A DNA stretch of 64,000 nucleotides from Klebsormidium nitens. Lineage: Eukaryota; Plantae; Klebsormidiophyceae. Both the position numbers and the translations under genes were made by a program. Location: positions 1 to 64,000 of the forward strand of contig DF237006.1 of assembly GCA_000708835.1 (NCBI GenBank), read 5' to 3'. The notes below the pieces were generated by a model that was not told the DNA's origin, searched no databases, and saw nothing but the letters and a program-made list of their open reading frames with translations. Below are positions 24,418 to 35,858 of this stretch, one piece after another. The stretch's first letter is position 1. Each line of letters starts with the position of its first letter.

Positions 24418-25675
24418 CGGGCAAAGCAGCCGGGGCCAGCCTGCCGCAATGGGTGACTGCTGAACCTCTGTGACCCCACCCATTGCTTCACGTAACATCG
24501 AAGACATTTGAAGCAATGCATTTGTAAAGCTTCTGGACGGATGTGTTGGTAGGTCTACATTCAACGTGTACATTTATATTGTTTCTGAAAGCAGTGGCCT
24601 ACGCAAAGCAGGTCGATTAATTGAGTCGAACTCCAGATCGACAGATTTCTGGCGACAAGAGACAAGGGTTGCGTCTCGAGTCTAAACAGATACGAACACA
24701 TGCTTTGACATGTTATGATTGTGGCAAAATATGCCATTTGGACGGCTGCTTGGAGGAAACGCGTAAGCTTAATCACTAGCCTTGCCCTGTGCCGTCTATG
24801 CTATGGGACTGTACAGCACTCTGTTGGCCAACGATCCCTTTGGTTCACAATCAAAACCTTCTGCGCTGGATGATTTGTAAGCCGCCTCGAGCTGAAAGAT
24901 GGCAGTTGCTGGACAACATCACGTAGTCTAGCTGCTGCATCTGAGTCAAGCCTCTCACATCAATCAAGAAGCGTCCGTATATTGGCAATGATGATACTAA
25001 TTGATTGCGAGCTTTCTCGATTGTCTGACGCTGCTTAATTGAATGGCAAATCGATGCGTGTTTATCAGGGGCACCAAACTGAGCTGTACGTGACTATGGG
25101 CGCTGCATGCCTCCAAATCCAAGATCGACAGCTATGGCTATAATTGCTGGGATCGCGAACTTTAAGGACTTTTTAAGATACTCGGCCGAGTCAACCAAAC
25201 TAGCTCGTCGGCCTGAAGCTTGTGTACATGCATATGTTAAAGCTGGTAGCTTGGACTATCTTCGATCCTATCATGGGTGACGGTGCAAATATTAACTTTC
25301 TGGAAAACGTGAGGTTTGAATGCGAAGCGACAGGCACCGCAGCTTCCGAACCAGCATGCAACTCAAAACTCATGAAGGGTGCATGCAAAAGCAGACAAGT
25401 GCGCTTCAATGAAAGTGCTGGACAAATAACATCCGCCTGAAGCCTCGATGGTACATGTTGCATGAGCAGCCACCCTACATTCGTTTAGGTCGGTGACACA
25501 GAGCGAAGTGGCTCTCTCAGACAAAACAATGAGGCACCGAAAGAGGTCCACTCCGACCGCCTGATCCACGGCTCGCAAGGGCAACTTCCTGAGTCCCTGA
25601 TCCGAGCAGGTGCATCCTGAACTCGGAGGTTCCGAACCGTGTTTTCATATCTCCAATGACGCTGGACCCAGAGCA

Positions 25676-28600
25676 TCACCGTTGCGGAGGTGGCGGCGGC
25701 GCTCCTTGTTGTGATGGAGGGGGGGGGCGATAGCCCGGAGGAGGGGGCCCATAGCCGGGGGGGGGCATGCCGGGCATGGCGCCAGGGGGGGGACCCCTGG
25801 GAAGAAACGGAAGACGAGCGTGAGCAAGGACACAAGAAAACATAGCGCCCTAACGGAAGAAAGGGAGACAAAATGAACATGTCTGAAGACCTGAGACTCG
25901 TCAAAGATCCTGCGACTAGACTTCAAGAAGCTCTGCGTCCATCATGGGCAAAGCCTCAGTCCGTTGACTGCTGATGCTGACTACCTATTCAATCAGGGCA
26001 AACTCTATGGAAGCAGTCTTAGGAGATATGGCCCGGAAAGAAGCTATAGACGCGTCAAGGTTTTGAGCATCGTTTCCGAAAGGACATCGCGAATTGCAAC
26101 CGTGCGGTCTGGAGGCTGGTTTTCAACACAAACCAAAGACCTACCGATGAAAGCCGTCCCATCAAGTGCAAACCATTCCAAAATTGTTCCAAAGTCGAAG
26201 TGCATACGGAAGGGTACTTAGGGATATCCACTTTTCAATGTGCGAACAACATGCGTCCATGACATTTGTTGTCGTATGCTAAATGGCACCTCTCGACAGA
26301 GGGCTTTGCCCAGTTAGGAGCGCCATAAGTCAGACCTTAAGCAAGTACTTGGTGCAGCCTGCTCCAAGCATAAGGGGCAAGAGAGCAGAGACTTGCGGCG
26401 CACCTGTACCCAGGGGGCGGTGGGCCCATGTTGGCAGGAGGGGGCCGAGCCCAGGGGGGAGCCTGCGCCCCTCCTTGCTGGGGGGGGCCTCGGGGAGGCC
26501 CTGCCTGGCCCCAAGGAGGAGGGGGCCCACTCGCAGGGGGGGGCATCCGCGGAGGCCCCTGCATCTGGGGTTGCCCGTATTGCGTGGGGGAGGGGGGGCG
26601 TAGTTGGGGGAGGGGGCTGGCCATACGTGGCGGGGGTGGGGGGGATACGTGGCGGGAGGGGGAGTGGTGTACGTGGAGGGAGNNNNNNNNNNNNNNNNNN
26701 NNNNNNNNNNNNNNNNNNNNNNNNNNNNNNNNNNNNNNNNNNNNNNNNNNNNNNNNNNNNNNNNNNNNNNNNNNNNNNNNNNNNNNNNNNNNNNNNNNNN
26801 NNNNNNNNNNNNNNNNNNNNNNNNNNNNNNNNNNNNNNNNNNNNNNNNNNNNNNNNNNNNNNNNNNNNNNNNNNNNNNNNNNNNNNNNNNNNNNNNNNNN
26901 NNNNNNNNNNNNNNNNNNNNNNNNNNNNNNNNNNNNNNNNNGGGTGGGGGGGGATACTGCGGAGGGGGAGTGGTGTACTGAGGAGGGGGGGCACCGCCAT
27001 AAGGAGGAGGGTACTGCACAGGTGGCGGGGGTGGAAGGGATGCCGGGGCGGGGGGAGCTGGAGCTGCACCGTTTTCCAGGGGGGGAGTGGGGCCGTCCGC
27101 AGCAGGGAATGGTGGGGCGCCATCAGGCGGGGGGGCGTCAGCAAAGAGGGTGTGTGGGCGATTTCTAAGCGCTGCGGGATTGCTGGAGGCTAGGAGCCGC
27201 TCTGCAAGCCAGACACGGGGTCAGCGTCAGCAGGAACCCGCGCATTTGGCGCCCCCCAAGGATTTCGACACTTAAATCATGCCGTATTCGGATAAGGCGG
27301 AAGGCACAGCTGGAGAAAGCGACAGAGCAATTTGGGTGAGGACAATGGGCCATGTCCCGGCACGCAATGAAACTACCACTCAACAGTGTCAAAAGGTTTG
27401 GCGGGGAAGCGAAGGCGCACCTGCGGCCGACCCATGGCGCTCGCCCTTGGTGTCCTTCTTGAAGGCGTACGAGACAGTGATCGCCTTATTACACAGGTAC
27501 TGCCCGTTCATGGCCTCAATGGCGGCATCGCTCGCCTCAAACGAGTCGTAGCTGATGAAGCCGAAGCCCTTGGAGTTGCCGCTCTCAGGGTCGCGCATGA
27601 TTTTTGGGTTCGACAGGATCACGCCGAACGCGCTAAACGTGTCGTGCAGCAGCTTCTCGTCCACCTCCTCGTCCAGGTTGCCAATGAACAGGTTGGCGCC
27701 CACGTCCGCAGTGCGCCGGTCGCTGGAGGCCTTGTTCACGCGGATGGGCTTCCCGTACAACTTGATCATGTTCATCACCTTCACCGCCTGCAACAATGCA
27801 TGCCAATCTGCCGCGCATCAGCTCAAGCATCGGGTGGCAGCTGGCTTCAACAACCAAAGCGCTGGGATCGGCCACCCGCATTGTGCGATGGATTATGGCC
27901 CAAGTGGGGCAATCCAGATCAAGAAATCGCGGCCACCGTCAGTTGCGGCCGCGCTTCAAATTTTGTCACCTTCTTGGAATCCACTTACTCAGCGTGAAAA
28001 GATGCACAGAAAACTGCGCAGAAAACAGCGCAGCGCACCGAACACTACCCGAAGGCGCCAATATGGAGCAGGTTTCTAGGGATGCCACCCCTTACATAGT
28101 CGGCGTCCTCTTCGCTGCGGAACTCCACAAAGCCATAGCCCTGATGCAGGCTGGTCACACGGTCCTTCGGCACATACACATTCACTGCAAAAATCAAGCC
28201 GGTCGTTGCAGAAGTCAGTAAGATATCAGTACCTTGGCGCCCGTCAATCAACACCACCCCAGACTGTAAGTCGGCAAAGTGGTGGAGTCTCCCACCATGA
28301 TGCCCCTTCCTGACAACGCCAATGCATGACACTGCACTTTCTAATGCAGATATCAATTTTCAGAATTACGGACATGTAGTGAAGATGTAATCCTTCAACG
28401 CAGCAGAAGTTCAGCACACAAATGCAGCTGCTATTGGTGCACGAAACCAATTGCTGAACCCCTTACAGGAGCAGCCAATGGCAACTTACCAACAGGCCCC
28501 GCCTGGACAAACATCTCCCAAAGAAGCTCCTCTGTGACCTGAACACAAGCATACGGGATCAATTTAAAACGACATCTAAGAGACTTACACAAGTTCCAAA

Positions 28601-28951
28601 CTTGATTTTCATACGACTTTTAGTAAATGTTGGCGAGCTTCAAGTGTACAACCTACGATCAAAACGACCATTACCAAAACAAGGGCGGGAAGTCAACATT
28701 CTGACTCAGCTAGCAGAGGGCCATAGTCTCAAAGACTGATAGACACATACAGCAATTTTACCAACTTTCGACATGCCCCTTTCAAGCTGCACCCCACCAT
28801 TGCTTAGATACATAATCAAACCCACACCACATTTGCTGCGCCTCACTTGTGTGTCCAGATTGCCCACGTAAGCGGTTGCATCCTGATTCCGCTCCGCAGC
28901 ATGCTGGCCCAGCAGGTTGGCTCCCACCCCGGCAGTCACCCTCGTCGACAT
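25676..28951 (-). CDS. SF3B4: Splicing factor 3B subunit 4 (SAP49): two RRMs and a Pro-rich tail
   Basis: [87 protein letters not shown] and [28 protein letters not shown]. The Pro/Tyr-rich tail ends PPPPPQR* at 25676. Confidence 0.96.
26683..26941. other. Assembly gap (259 N)
   Basis: Run of N inside the Pro/Tyr-repeat exon of SF3B4. Confidence 1.
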
Positions 28952-29140
28952 CTCTCAAGAGCCTGGGGCGGCGTCTCACAGGCCCCGATCAGCATGTGAT
29001 GCTTCAATTCTTCGAGGCTACACCACCATTCATCAGCTGGACCCGCTTCAGATCGGACTTCATCCAGCAGCCCTAGTCCTTATACCTAATGGCACCCTCA
29101 GTGCTCACGAGACAGGATCAAAACATTCATTTCATCATTA

Positions 29141-29405
29141 CCGTAGTGGCACGACCCATTCGCACCAAGCTCTTACGAAAATTATTTTTTTCGCTTTTCT
29201 GATTTCGCACCAAGGTTCGGGGGGATATTTTCTTATCGCACAAGGGCAAATTTACAGTGTTTCAGCCCATTTCTACGCGATTTCAGGCTTCATTTGGGTT
29301 TATTTCCATTTCGCTCTTTCGCACCAAGGTCAGAATAGTTTCCGGAATTTTTCGCACCAAGGCCTTTCGAATTATTTTTGGTGCGAATGGGTCGTGCCAC
29401 TACGG
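29141..29405. mobile_element. MITE (family B), 265 bp, TA TSD
   Basis: Perfect 28-bp TIRs CCGTAGTGGCACGACCCATTCGCACCAA, with TA at 29139-29140 and 29406-29407. Internal direct repeats TTTCGCACCAAGG at 29203, 29317 and 29350. Confidence 0.92.
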
Positions 29406-29442
29406 TATCATGACAGTGCTGCTGCAGCTTCCGAAACACCTA

Positions 29443-29943
29443 CGGTAACCATGAATCCTGCTCCGGATTTTGCCAACTCCGGATTTTCGACTGCCATTCA
29501 TCGAAGAGGAATTGGACCCCGGTTTTTCTACATCCCCTAAGCTGGCATCACCCGGGCCACTCTAACAACAAATGCTAGCCTAGCCTGCCCCCGGTACAGG
29601 CAGCCGGAGTACCCGGGCGGCCGGTCGAGCATTGGCCAGGGCCCTGGGCCTTGGTTAAAAGGGCATCTGAGCTGGGTTACCTATGCTTCCAAGGACAGTA
29701 CTAACCCGTAGAATGGGGCGCCCATGGTTCTGGGCCATATGGGAGTGCTTCAGCCTTCTCCGAGGTCAGGAACTGAACCGGTGACTTTAATTTAACAGCA
29801 CGTTACAAAGTAGGTTAGGCCGGAAACTTTCAAATCATCCATTAGCAACTGCCCGGTAGAAGCAGCTTTTCGCGCGTCCTCGCACCGTGAGCTGTTGCAA
29901 AAATCCGGGGTTGGGAAAATCCGGAGCAGGCTTCATGGTACGG
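29443..29943. mobile_element. MITE (family C), 501 bp, TA TSD
   Basis: About 45-bp imperfect TIRs: CGGTAACCATGAATCCTGCTCCGGATTTTGCCAACTCCGGATTTT versus reverse complement CCGTACCATGAAGCCTGCTCCGGATTTTCCCAACCCCGGATTTT. TA at 29441-29442 and 29944-29945. Confidence 0.85.
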
Positions 29944-30318
29944 TATTCTTCCGAAGCCTGCGAAGGATTCCAACCATTTCGGAAACCCCCCGCCAAAAGC
30001 TGAAGCATCCGCCAATGATATTGTAGCCTGCATATATGAGAGAACTCTCGGTCATCGACAAGATGACACGTAAGCAACTTTAGATTCGACGGGGATTCTC
30101 ATTCTGGTTACACAGGTCTACAGACTACATTTGCCGAGCACCTGCTGGCAGTGTAGGCTCGGTGCAGCAACAGACTCGGACAGATCTTTCGGCACTTGCA
30201 AACTTTGCTGGTGCGACAGACGAGTGAGCACCAAGGGCCCAGACGCTCCAAGTGTTTTGGCATCAGGCGGTGGTGTTCCTTGTCGCGCTTGCCTTTTGTT
30301 GTCGGGCTCAGAGACACG

Positions 30319-33300
30319 ATGGTGGCAACTTTGGTGGCGGTGGCCTACCCGGTAAGTTCACGTCTTTTGTTGCTTACTTTGAAGTGGGTTGGCAACCATA
30401 TGCAAAGTGCCTCTTTACGTCCATGTTCTCAAGCTTTAGGTTTGCGCTCTTCCTGCTCTTGGCATTGCACAGCTTGAGTGGATTTTGCTGATTGCACATG
30501 GGGCATGAGTTATTTCACAAGACACTGAATATGGAAAAGAAGTATGGCTACTTGGCAAGGGTCTCATGGCGGGGGAAGCCGAATCATTTGAGGTTTCCTT
30601 TTCAACACTCAAAGAAATGTTCATTCTTTCCATTTCCTTCTTGTGTCCTGAAACTGGGCTTGCCGGACGGCCTGAAGGCTGTTACCAGCTAAAGGCAAGG
30701 ACTTATTGCCACACCGCCCTTGCAGGTTGGGGTGGCAACGGTGGTGGGTTTTGGGGTGTTGGCGTGCATCCTGTCATGGCAGCACGAGCGTCGGCAGGGT
30801 GGCAAGGACACAGTGGAGTTCTTCCTGACCGCCAGGAACTCGGTCAGCGCGTTTACCATCGGGTGGAGTTTCTACGCAGCGGCCATGGTGAGTTGTCAAG
30901 AATGGTGAAAATACGCAGCGGCCATGGTGAGCTGTCAAGAATGGTGAAAACTCTTCAGCAGCATAGTGGTTTCAGGATGTCAAAAGATACATAGGCTGGT
31001 ATATGTCTTGTTGACTGCGCTGAGCTTTTGGGGATAGCCAACTCTGTGTTCAGGCCTCTGAGTTGTCAAGAACTAGCTCTGCTCGCTTCCACAGGCTCAA
31101 CGACTTGGCCTTTACAATTTAAGTCCGATTTCTGTGGCGTTGATATAGTAGCAACATACATTGCGACTTGTACATCAAGGAGGTAGCTCATTCGCCCAAT
31201 TTCTTTGCTGTTTAGTACCTTTTACCTGCATGTCGTTGTACAGAAGATTGGAACACTGGCTCACCCACGTTTTTGCCAGTCGGACGTTGTGAAATGCTGA
31301 GCATGACATTTCCACCAACTCCTCGTTGTTTTTCAAGTTGTGCCCCCTAGAAAAGGGAAGGTTTGAAGGACTTCACTACTTTTCTGGCAATGCTTCTCTT
31401 GTCTTCCTTCTTCCCTGCCTGCGCTGTGTGCACTGCGAGGTTACTGATGCGCGTCCCCCCCTCTTTTCCAGGGCTCTTGGGCGCTGTACGGCCCGCCTAG
31501 CTACGCAGTGAGCGCCGGCATCTTGGGCATCACGTTCTACTCCATTGCGAGCGGCATACCCATCATGATTGTGGCCTTCCTTGGAGACATTCTTCAATCG
31601 AAGCTGCCGGGCATCCTCTCCCTCAGCGACTACACCTACAAGCGTTTTGGCCGGTATGTTCGCCAGCCCACTTCTGAAGAGAAGACCGCATGCCTGGCCT
31701 GGTCTTGCAGAACCAGCCCCAGCGTTGCAAGTGGTTGTGATCAGAGAGGGGTAGGATACTTCTGTGTCCCACAGAAATAGTTCTGTGTCCCAGAAGTGGA
31801 ATGACATGATGATTGACTGGTCAGCTCGGGGAACTGTTGCATCACGTAGCAAGGCCTAGAAACACCCGAGCAGTCCTTCAATCTTGGTACTGATCCAGTC
31901 TCTTTGCTTTTCTCAGGTTTGTGCAGCTCTATGTTGCTACCATGATGCTGTTCAACATGGGTAAGTGTAAACACAACGACGGCCCCGCCCATTGATCGCC
32001 TGCTGGCTTGAAGAGGGCCAGGCAGCACCTCTTGTATCCTTGGTTGCCTCAGCTGCAGCGTTCTGGTTTGGTTTAGGTGTTGCAACGTACTCTATCATCC
32101 TCACAATACCGTGTAACGTGTCGGCACTCGCATCCGCTCCCCAAGTTCGTCGAATTGTGGAGGCTTGCAGCGCTGACCTTGTCCTAGCGCAGGCATTGCC
32201 CTGACTGCGGAGTACACGGCTGTTGGCGACCTGTTTGAGAACACGGTGGGCAGCAAGCGGTGGCCCATCGTGGTCATCATTGCGGTTGTCGCCACCCTGT
32301 ACACCGCGTACGGCGGCCTGCTCATCTCCATCATCACCGACCAATGGCAGGTGAGCACACACATACGCTCCGATGGCGCCCAACATTGGAACACACAGGC
32401 GTGCAGGAGCAGTAGTTCAGGCGTTGTTTTTGGTGCAGTGTTCTCCCATTTGTCCCTCGAGCGTTCCTCCTCCTGAGGCGTCCCCTTGCGTTGTGCTGTG
32501 TTGCAGGCGTTCCTGAGCGTGATTGTAGTCCTGATCCTGGTGGTGTACGTGGCGGTGGACTTCCGGACCCCGCTGCCGCCCATCCCGCACTACCTGGGCC
32601 CGGGCAACTACAACGGGCTGTCGGCTATTGCGGTGATGCCCATCAGCCTGATCAGCGCCACCATCTTCAGCGAGGCCATGTGGCAGCGCTGCTGGGCCTC
32701 AGCCAACAGCCGCGCATTGCACACCGGCGCGCTCCTCGGGGCGACAGCTACCATCGTCGTCGTTTTCATCTTTGCGTTCGGAGGTGAGCAGTCGATACGC
32801 ACGCTCTTGGACCCGCCAGAAAAAGTTTGGAACCGTCGATCGATGGGGGCAGCCCCCAATTGTGACCCTTTGGATCGTCCGATGGGGTTAGCATAAAATG
32901 CTCTCTGGCAACCGCAAATGCGGACCCTAAAGTTTGCTGGCGACGCCTTCCGGTAATTAGACTGAGGGCGTCGCCGCGTTCCCGAATTTTTGTCTTGACA
33001 CAGCCTGCCAACTGGGCACAGAAAAGGACGGTGGTGTCAAAGCCCCAGAAGCGTGCGTACTGATTGTGAGCGACCACTGCAAAGCTGGGCACTTGCGCCT
33101 GACAAAACGGGCTGAGCTTTGTGCGTAGTATTTACGCGTGGAATTTATTGGTAGGACAATTTTTCGTGGTTGGCGTGCTGCTACTTAGGGGTAAAACTTC
33201 GAGCCACTGGATTTCAAAGCAAGGTGCGTAGTGTCTCGTGTCTGTCTTTAGTCATTTGTTTACCGTTTGGTTGGTACCACACTGAGAGCCTGAGCTCCTC

Positions 33301-34756
33301 GCCACAGCTTGCGAGATTCCACTTGTGCGGCCAGCCCGTGGTTGTTTGTAAAGTCACCGGCTCTGTCACTGACCCCGCCCCTCTCGTCCTGCGCAGGCTA
33401 CCTGGCGGTGTGGAGCGGGCTGTTCGACGTGAACGACCCGAATGCGGACTACAACACGATCCTGTTCTTGCTGTTCAAGGACCGCACGTGGCTGCTGGTC
33501 ATCGTGGCCGTGCTGTCCGCCACCATGAGCACCAGCGCGGTGGACAGCATCCAGAACGCCATCACCGATTCCGTCGGCGCCACGCTGGTGCGGCCCTTCT
33601 TCAAGCGGGCCGACGTCACCTGGATCCGCGGCCTCGTCGTGCTGCTCAACATACCCCCCGTCGTTGTCTCCCTCAAGGTCAGTGCACCGTGCGCGCCTGG
33701 TCGTGCACCAGAAAAGACGTAGTGATACTTGAGATTGTGCTTGTCGGAGTTCGGATCGATGTTGCCCCCCACCGGCTGTTTGCATCCGCCCGAACGGGCA
33801 TGCTGCGTTTCACATGCTGAGGAATCCTTGTCACCACAGATGAGGGCGGGCTGGCGTAAGTCTGCGAGTGCCGCTTTGTCGTTCGGGATGCATTCTTTTT
33901 CAGTAATGAAATTCTCATTCCGTCGAGATTCTCATCTTAGAGGCTTTGGTTCCCTTGCTGTCGAGAGACACCGGGAGGCCCTCGAAGGTGCGCTGCCGCA
34001 TATCCCCCGGCCTTACGTCTCTGTTCATCCCGCGTCCTGCATGTTTCGCCTGCGGCCTTCTGCGTGTTGACTGTGGGTGCTGTGGGCCCGGTATGCAGGG
34101 GTACAGCGTGCTGCAGCTGTTTCTGATGGCCAACCTGATCACGACCACGACCACCATCCCGCTGATGGCCGGCCTCTGGCACGGCCCGCGCGGCCAGAAG
34201 GTGGTCACGCCCTTCTCCATGATGACCGGCTCGCTTGTCTCCGTCTCGTCGCTCTTCTGGTGGGCCGCCATCAAGCAGACCGCGGACCAGACCTACCGCG
34301 CCGCGCTCTACCGGGTCTTCTTCGTCGCGTGAGTGCCTCCACGACTCTTTTTTGAACCTAGCGGGCACGCTCCGTGGGCTCTTAAAAGCATTCTTAACGC
34401 CGCCTACACTGTACGAGAGCAACTCACTGGCCGAACGTGTCTGGATTCTCAAGCAGGAGAGGAAGCACGTCTCATGCACTTCCTCGCTGTTCAGGTACGA
34501 CTACCCGCCCTTTTTGATTGCTTTGGGCATGTCCATTGCGGGCTTGGTTGTGGGGGCCGCCCTCGAGGCGGCGTTCCGTGCGGTGGTCCCCGGCTGCGGG
34601 CGGTACCCCGTGTATGCGCTGGACGACAATCGCGAGGGGCTGGACGCGCGCCTCGGGGTGCGCCTCGGGGACGTCACGCAGGACTCGGTGCCCGAGTATC
34701 CGGCTGCGGGCAAGGGGGCGGATGCGTACCCAGCTGGCAAGCAGTACGAGGCGTGA
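30319..34756 (+). CDS. Sodium:solute symporter (SSS/SLC5-like) family transporter
   Basis: Spliced hydrophobic protein with DTVEFFLTARNS, WSFYAAAMGSWALYGP, LSDYTYKRFGR, LYTAYGGLLISIITDQWQ, FSEAMWQRCWAS and SATMSTSAVDSIQNA. Stop TGA at 34754-34756. Confidence 0.88.
30873..30950 (+). repeat. 39-bp tandem duplication spanning an exon end and its splice donor
   Basis: TACGCAGCGGCCATG/GTGAG(T/C)TGTCAAGAATGGTGAAAA occurs twice (30873-30911, 30912-30950) with one mismatch. Confidence 0.95.
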
Positions 34757-35858
34757 GCAAGTTTTCGGAGCACCATAGGTTGAGAAGAGGTAGGGTAGAT
34801 GTAGACGTGTTGTTCTTAGGACCAGTCAAGTTGCTGCAGCGCAGGTGGTTTAATGTTGCGTGCGTTGGCCACTCTCATCCGGTTTCCAGATCAGCTGGAT
34901 CGAAATGACCAGCGGTGGGGGTTGGCCCGTTAGGGCTGCCGCTGCCCATATACAGCCGGCGAGATGCGTCAATCCAGCACCAAGCCGTGCTCGAAAGACG
35001 CAACAGGCCTACATACATTGAGGTAATAGACACTCCAGAATAGCCCCAAGCATGCAGCCTCATTTTTTCCAGGGTGTGCAAGTGAAGTGCCAAGGTACGG
35101 ACTCTCTGTCGCGCTGGCTCTAAAGAACGTTCAGTCAAGCCAGTATTTGTGCTATTGGCATTTGCTGTTAGGCGCTAGACTGCTTCGCATAAGGTTTTGA
35201 GTATTTCGTTGTCACATCAGGCTTGATGATCAGAGTCCAAAGGTACTTGCTTTGCATGTTGCGCAATGGTTTTTGGTGTACAAGTTACATAACCATGCTG
35301 CCCTTGACGATTTGATCGAGTCTATTTAAGGACAGCCACGTAATGTCATTAAGCAATAGCAAGCGCTAGCCAGGCTGCCGATGCAGGGTTCGGAGATCGA
35401 TTGCATATTCTGCGTGTTATACGTTTATGCACATGTTTGCATCTACTCACACAATTGCTGGTAGATCGATCGTATGAATTAAGAGAGTGTGTACATATTC
35501 ATGTGCCACATGGTGATTTACGACAACCTGATGCATGTTTCAACAACGTCAAATCTTTTTATCGTGCTGCCAGTCTCACAAGATACCCCAAAAAAGCCGC
35601 TGTGGCTTAATTCATTGCATGCTTGCATCTATGACCTCAACCATCTGTGACCAATTGTTTCATTTGGAACTAATCAAAGTGGCAGTATCCACCTTGCAAC
35701 CTGATTGGTGAGTTATAGGACAGCAGAGGGTGGTTCAACACCCTCTTTTGCATTCCATGGCTAATTTCAATCATGGCCTAGCCCATGACCCTGCAAGCTA
35801 TGCCTACATGAGTTATCTTCAACTGTCCTTCCCAAATCCGCTTATGACATAGTGGCCG

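Noticed and set aside
26400-27160. Extensin-like Pro/Tyr repeats
   Set aside because: They are the ordinary Pro-rich C-terminal tail of SF3B4, not a separate cell-wall gene.
32034-32041. Perfect U12 donor consensus GTATCCTT
   Set aside because: It lies in the middle of an intron that already has a canonical G/gtaagt donor at about 31961 and is not at an exon boundary.
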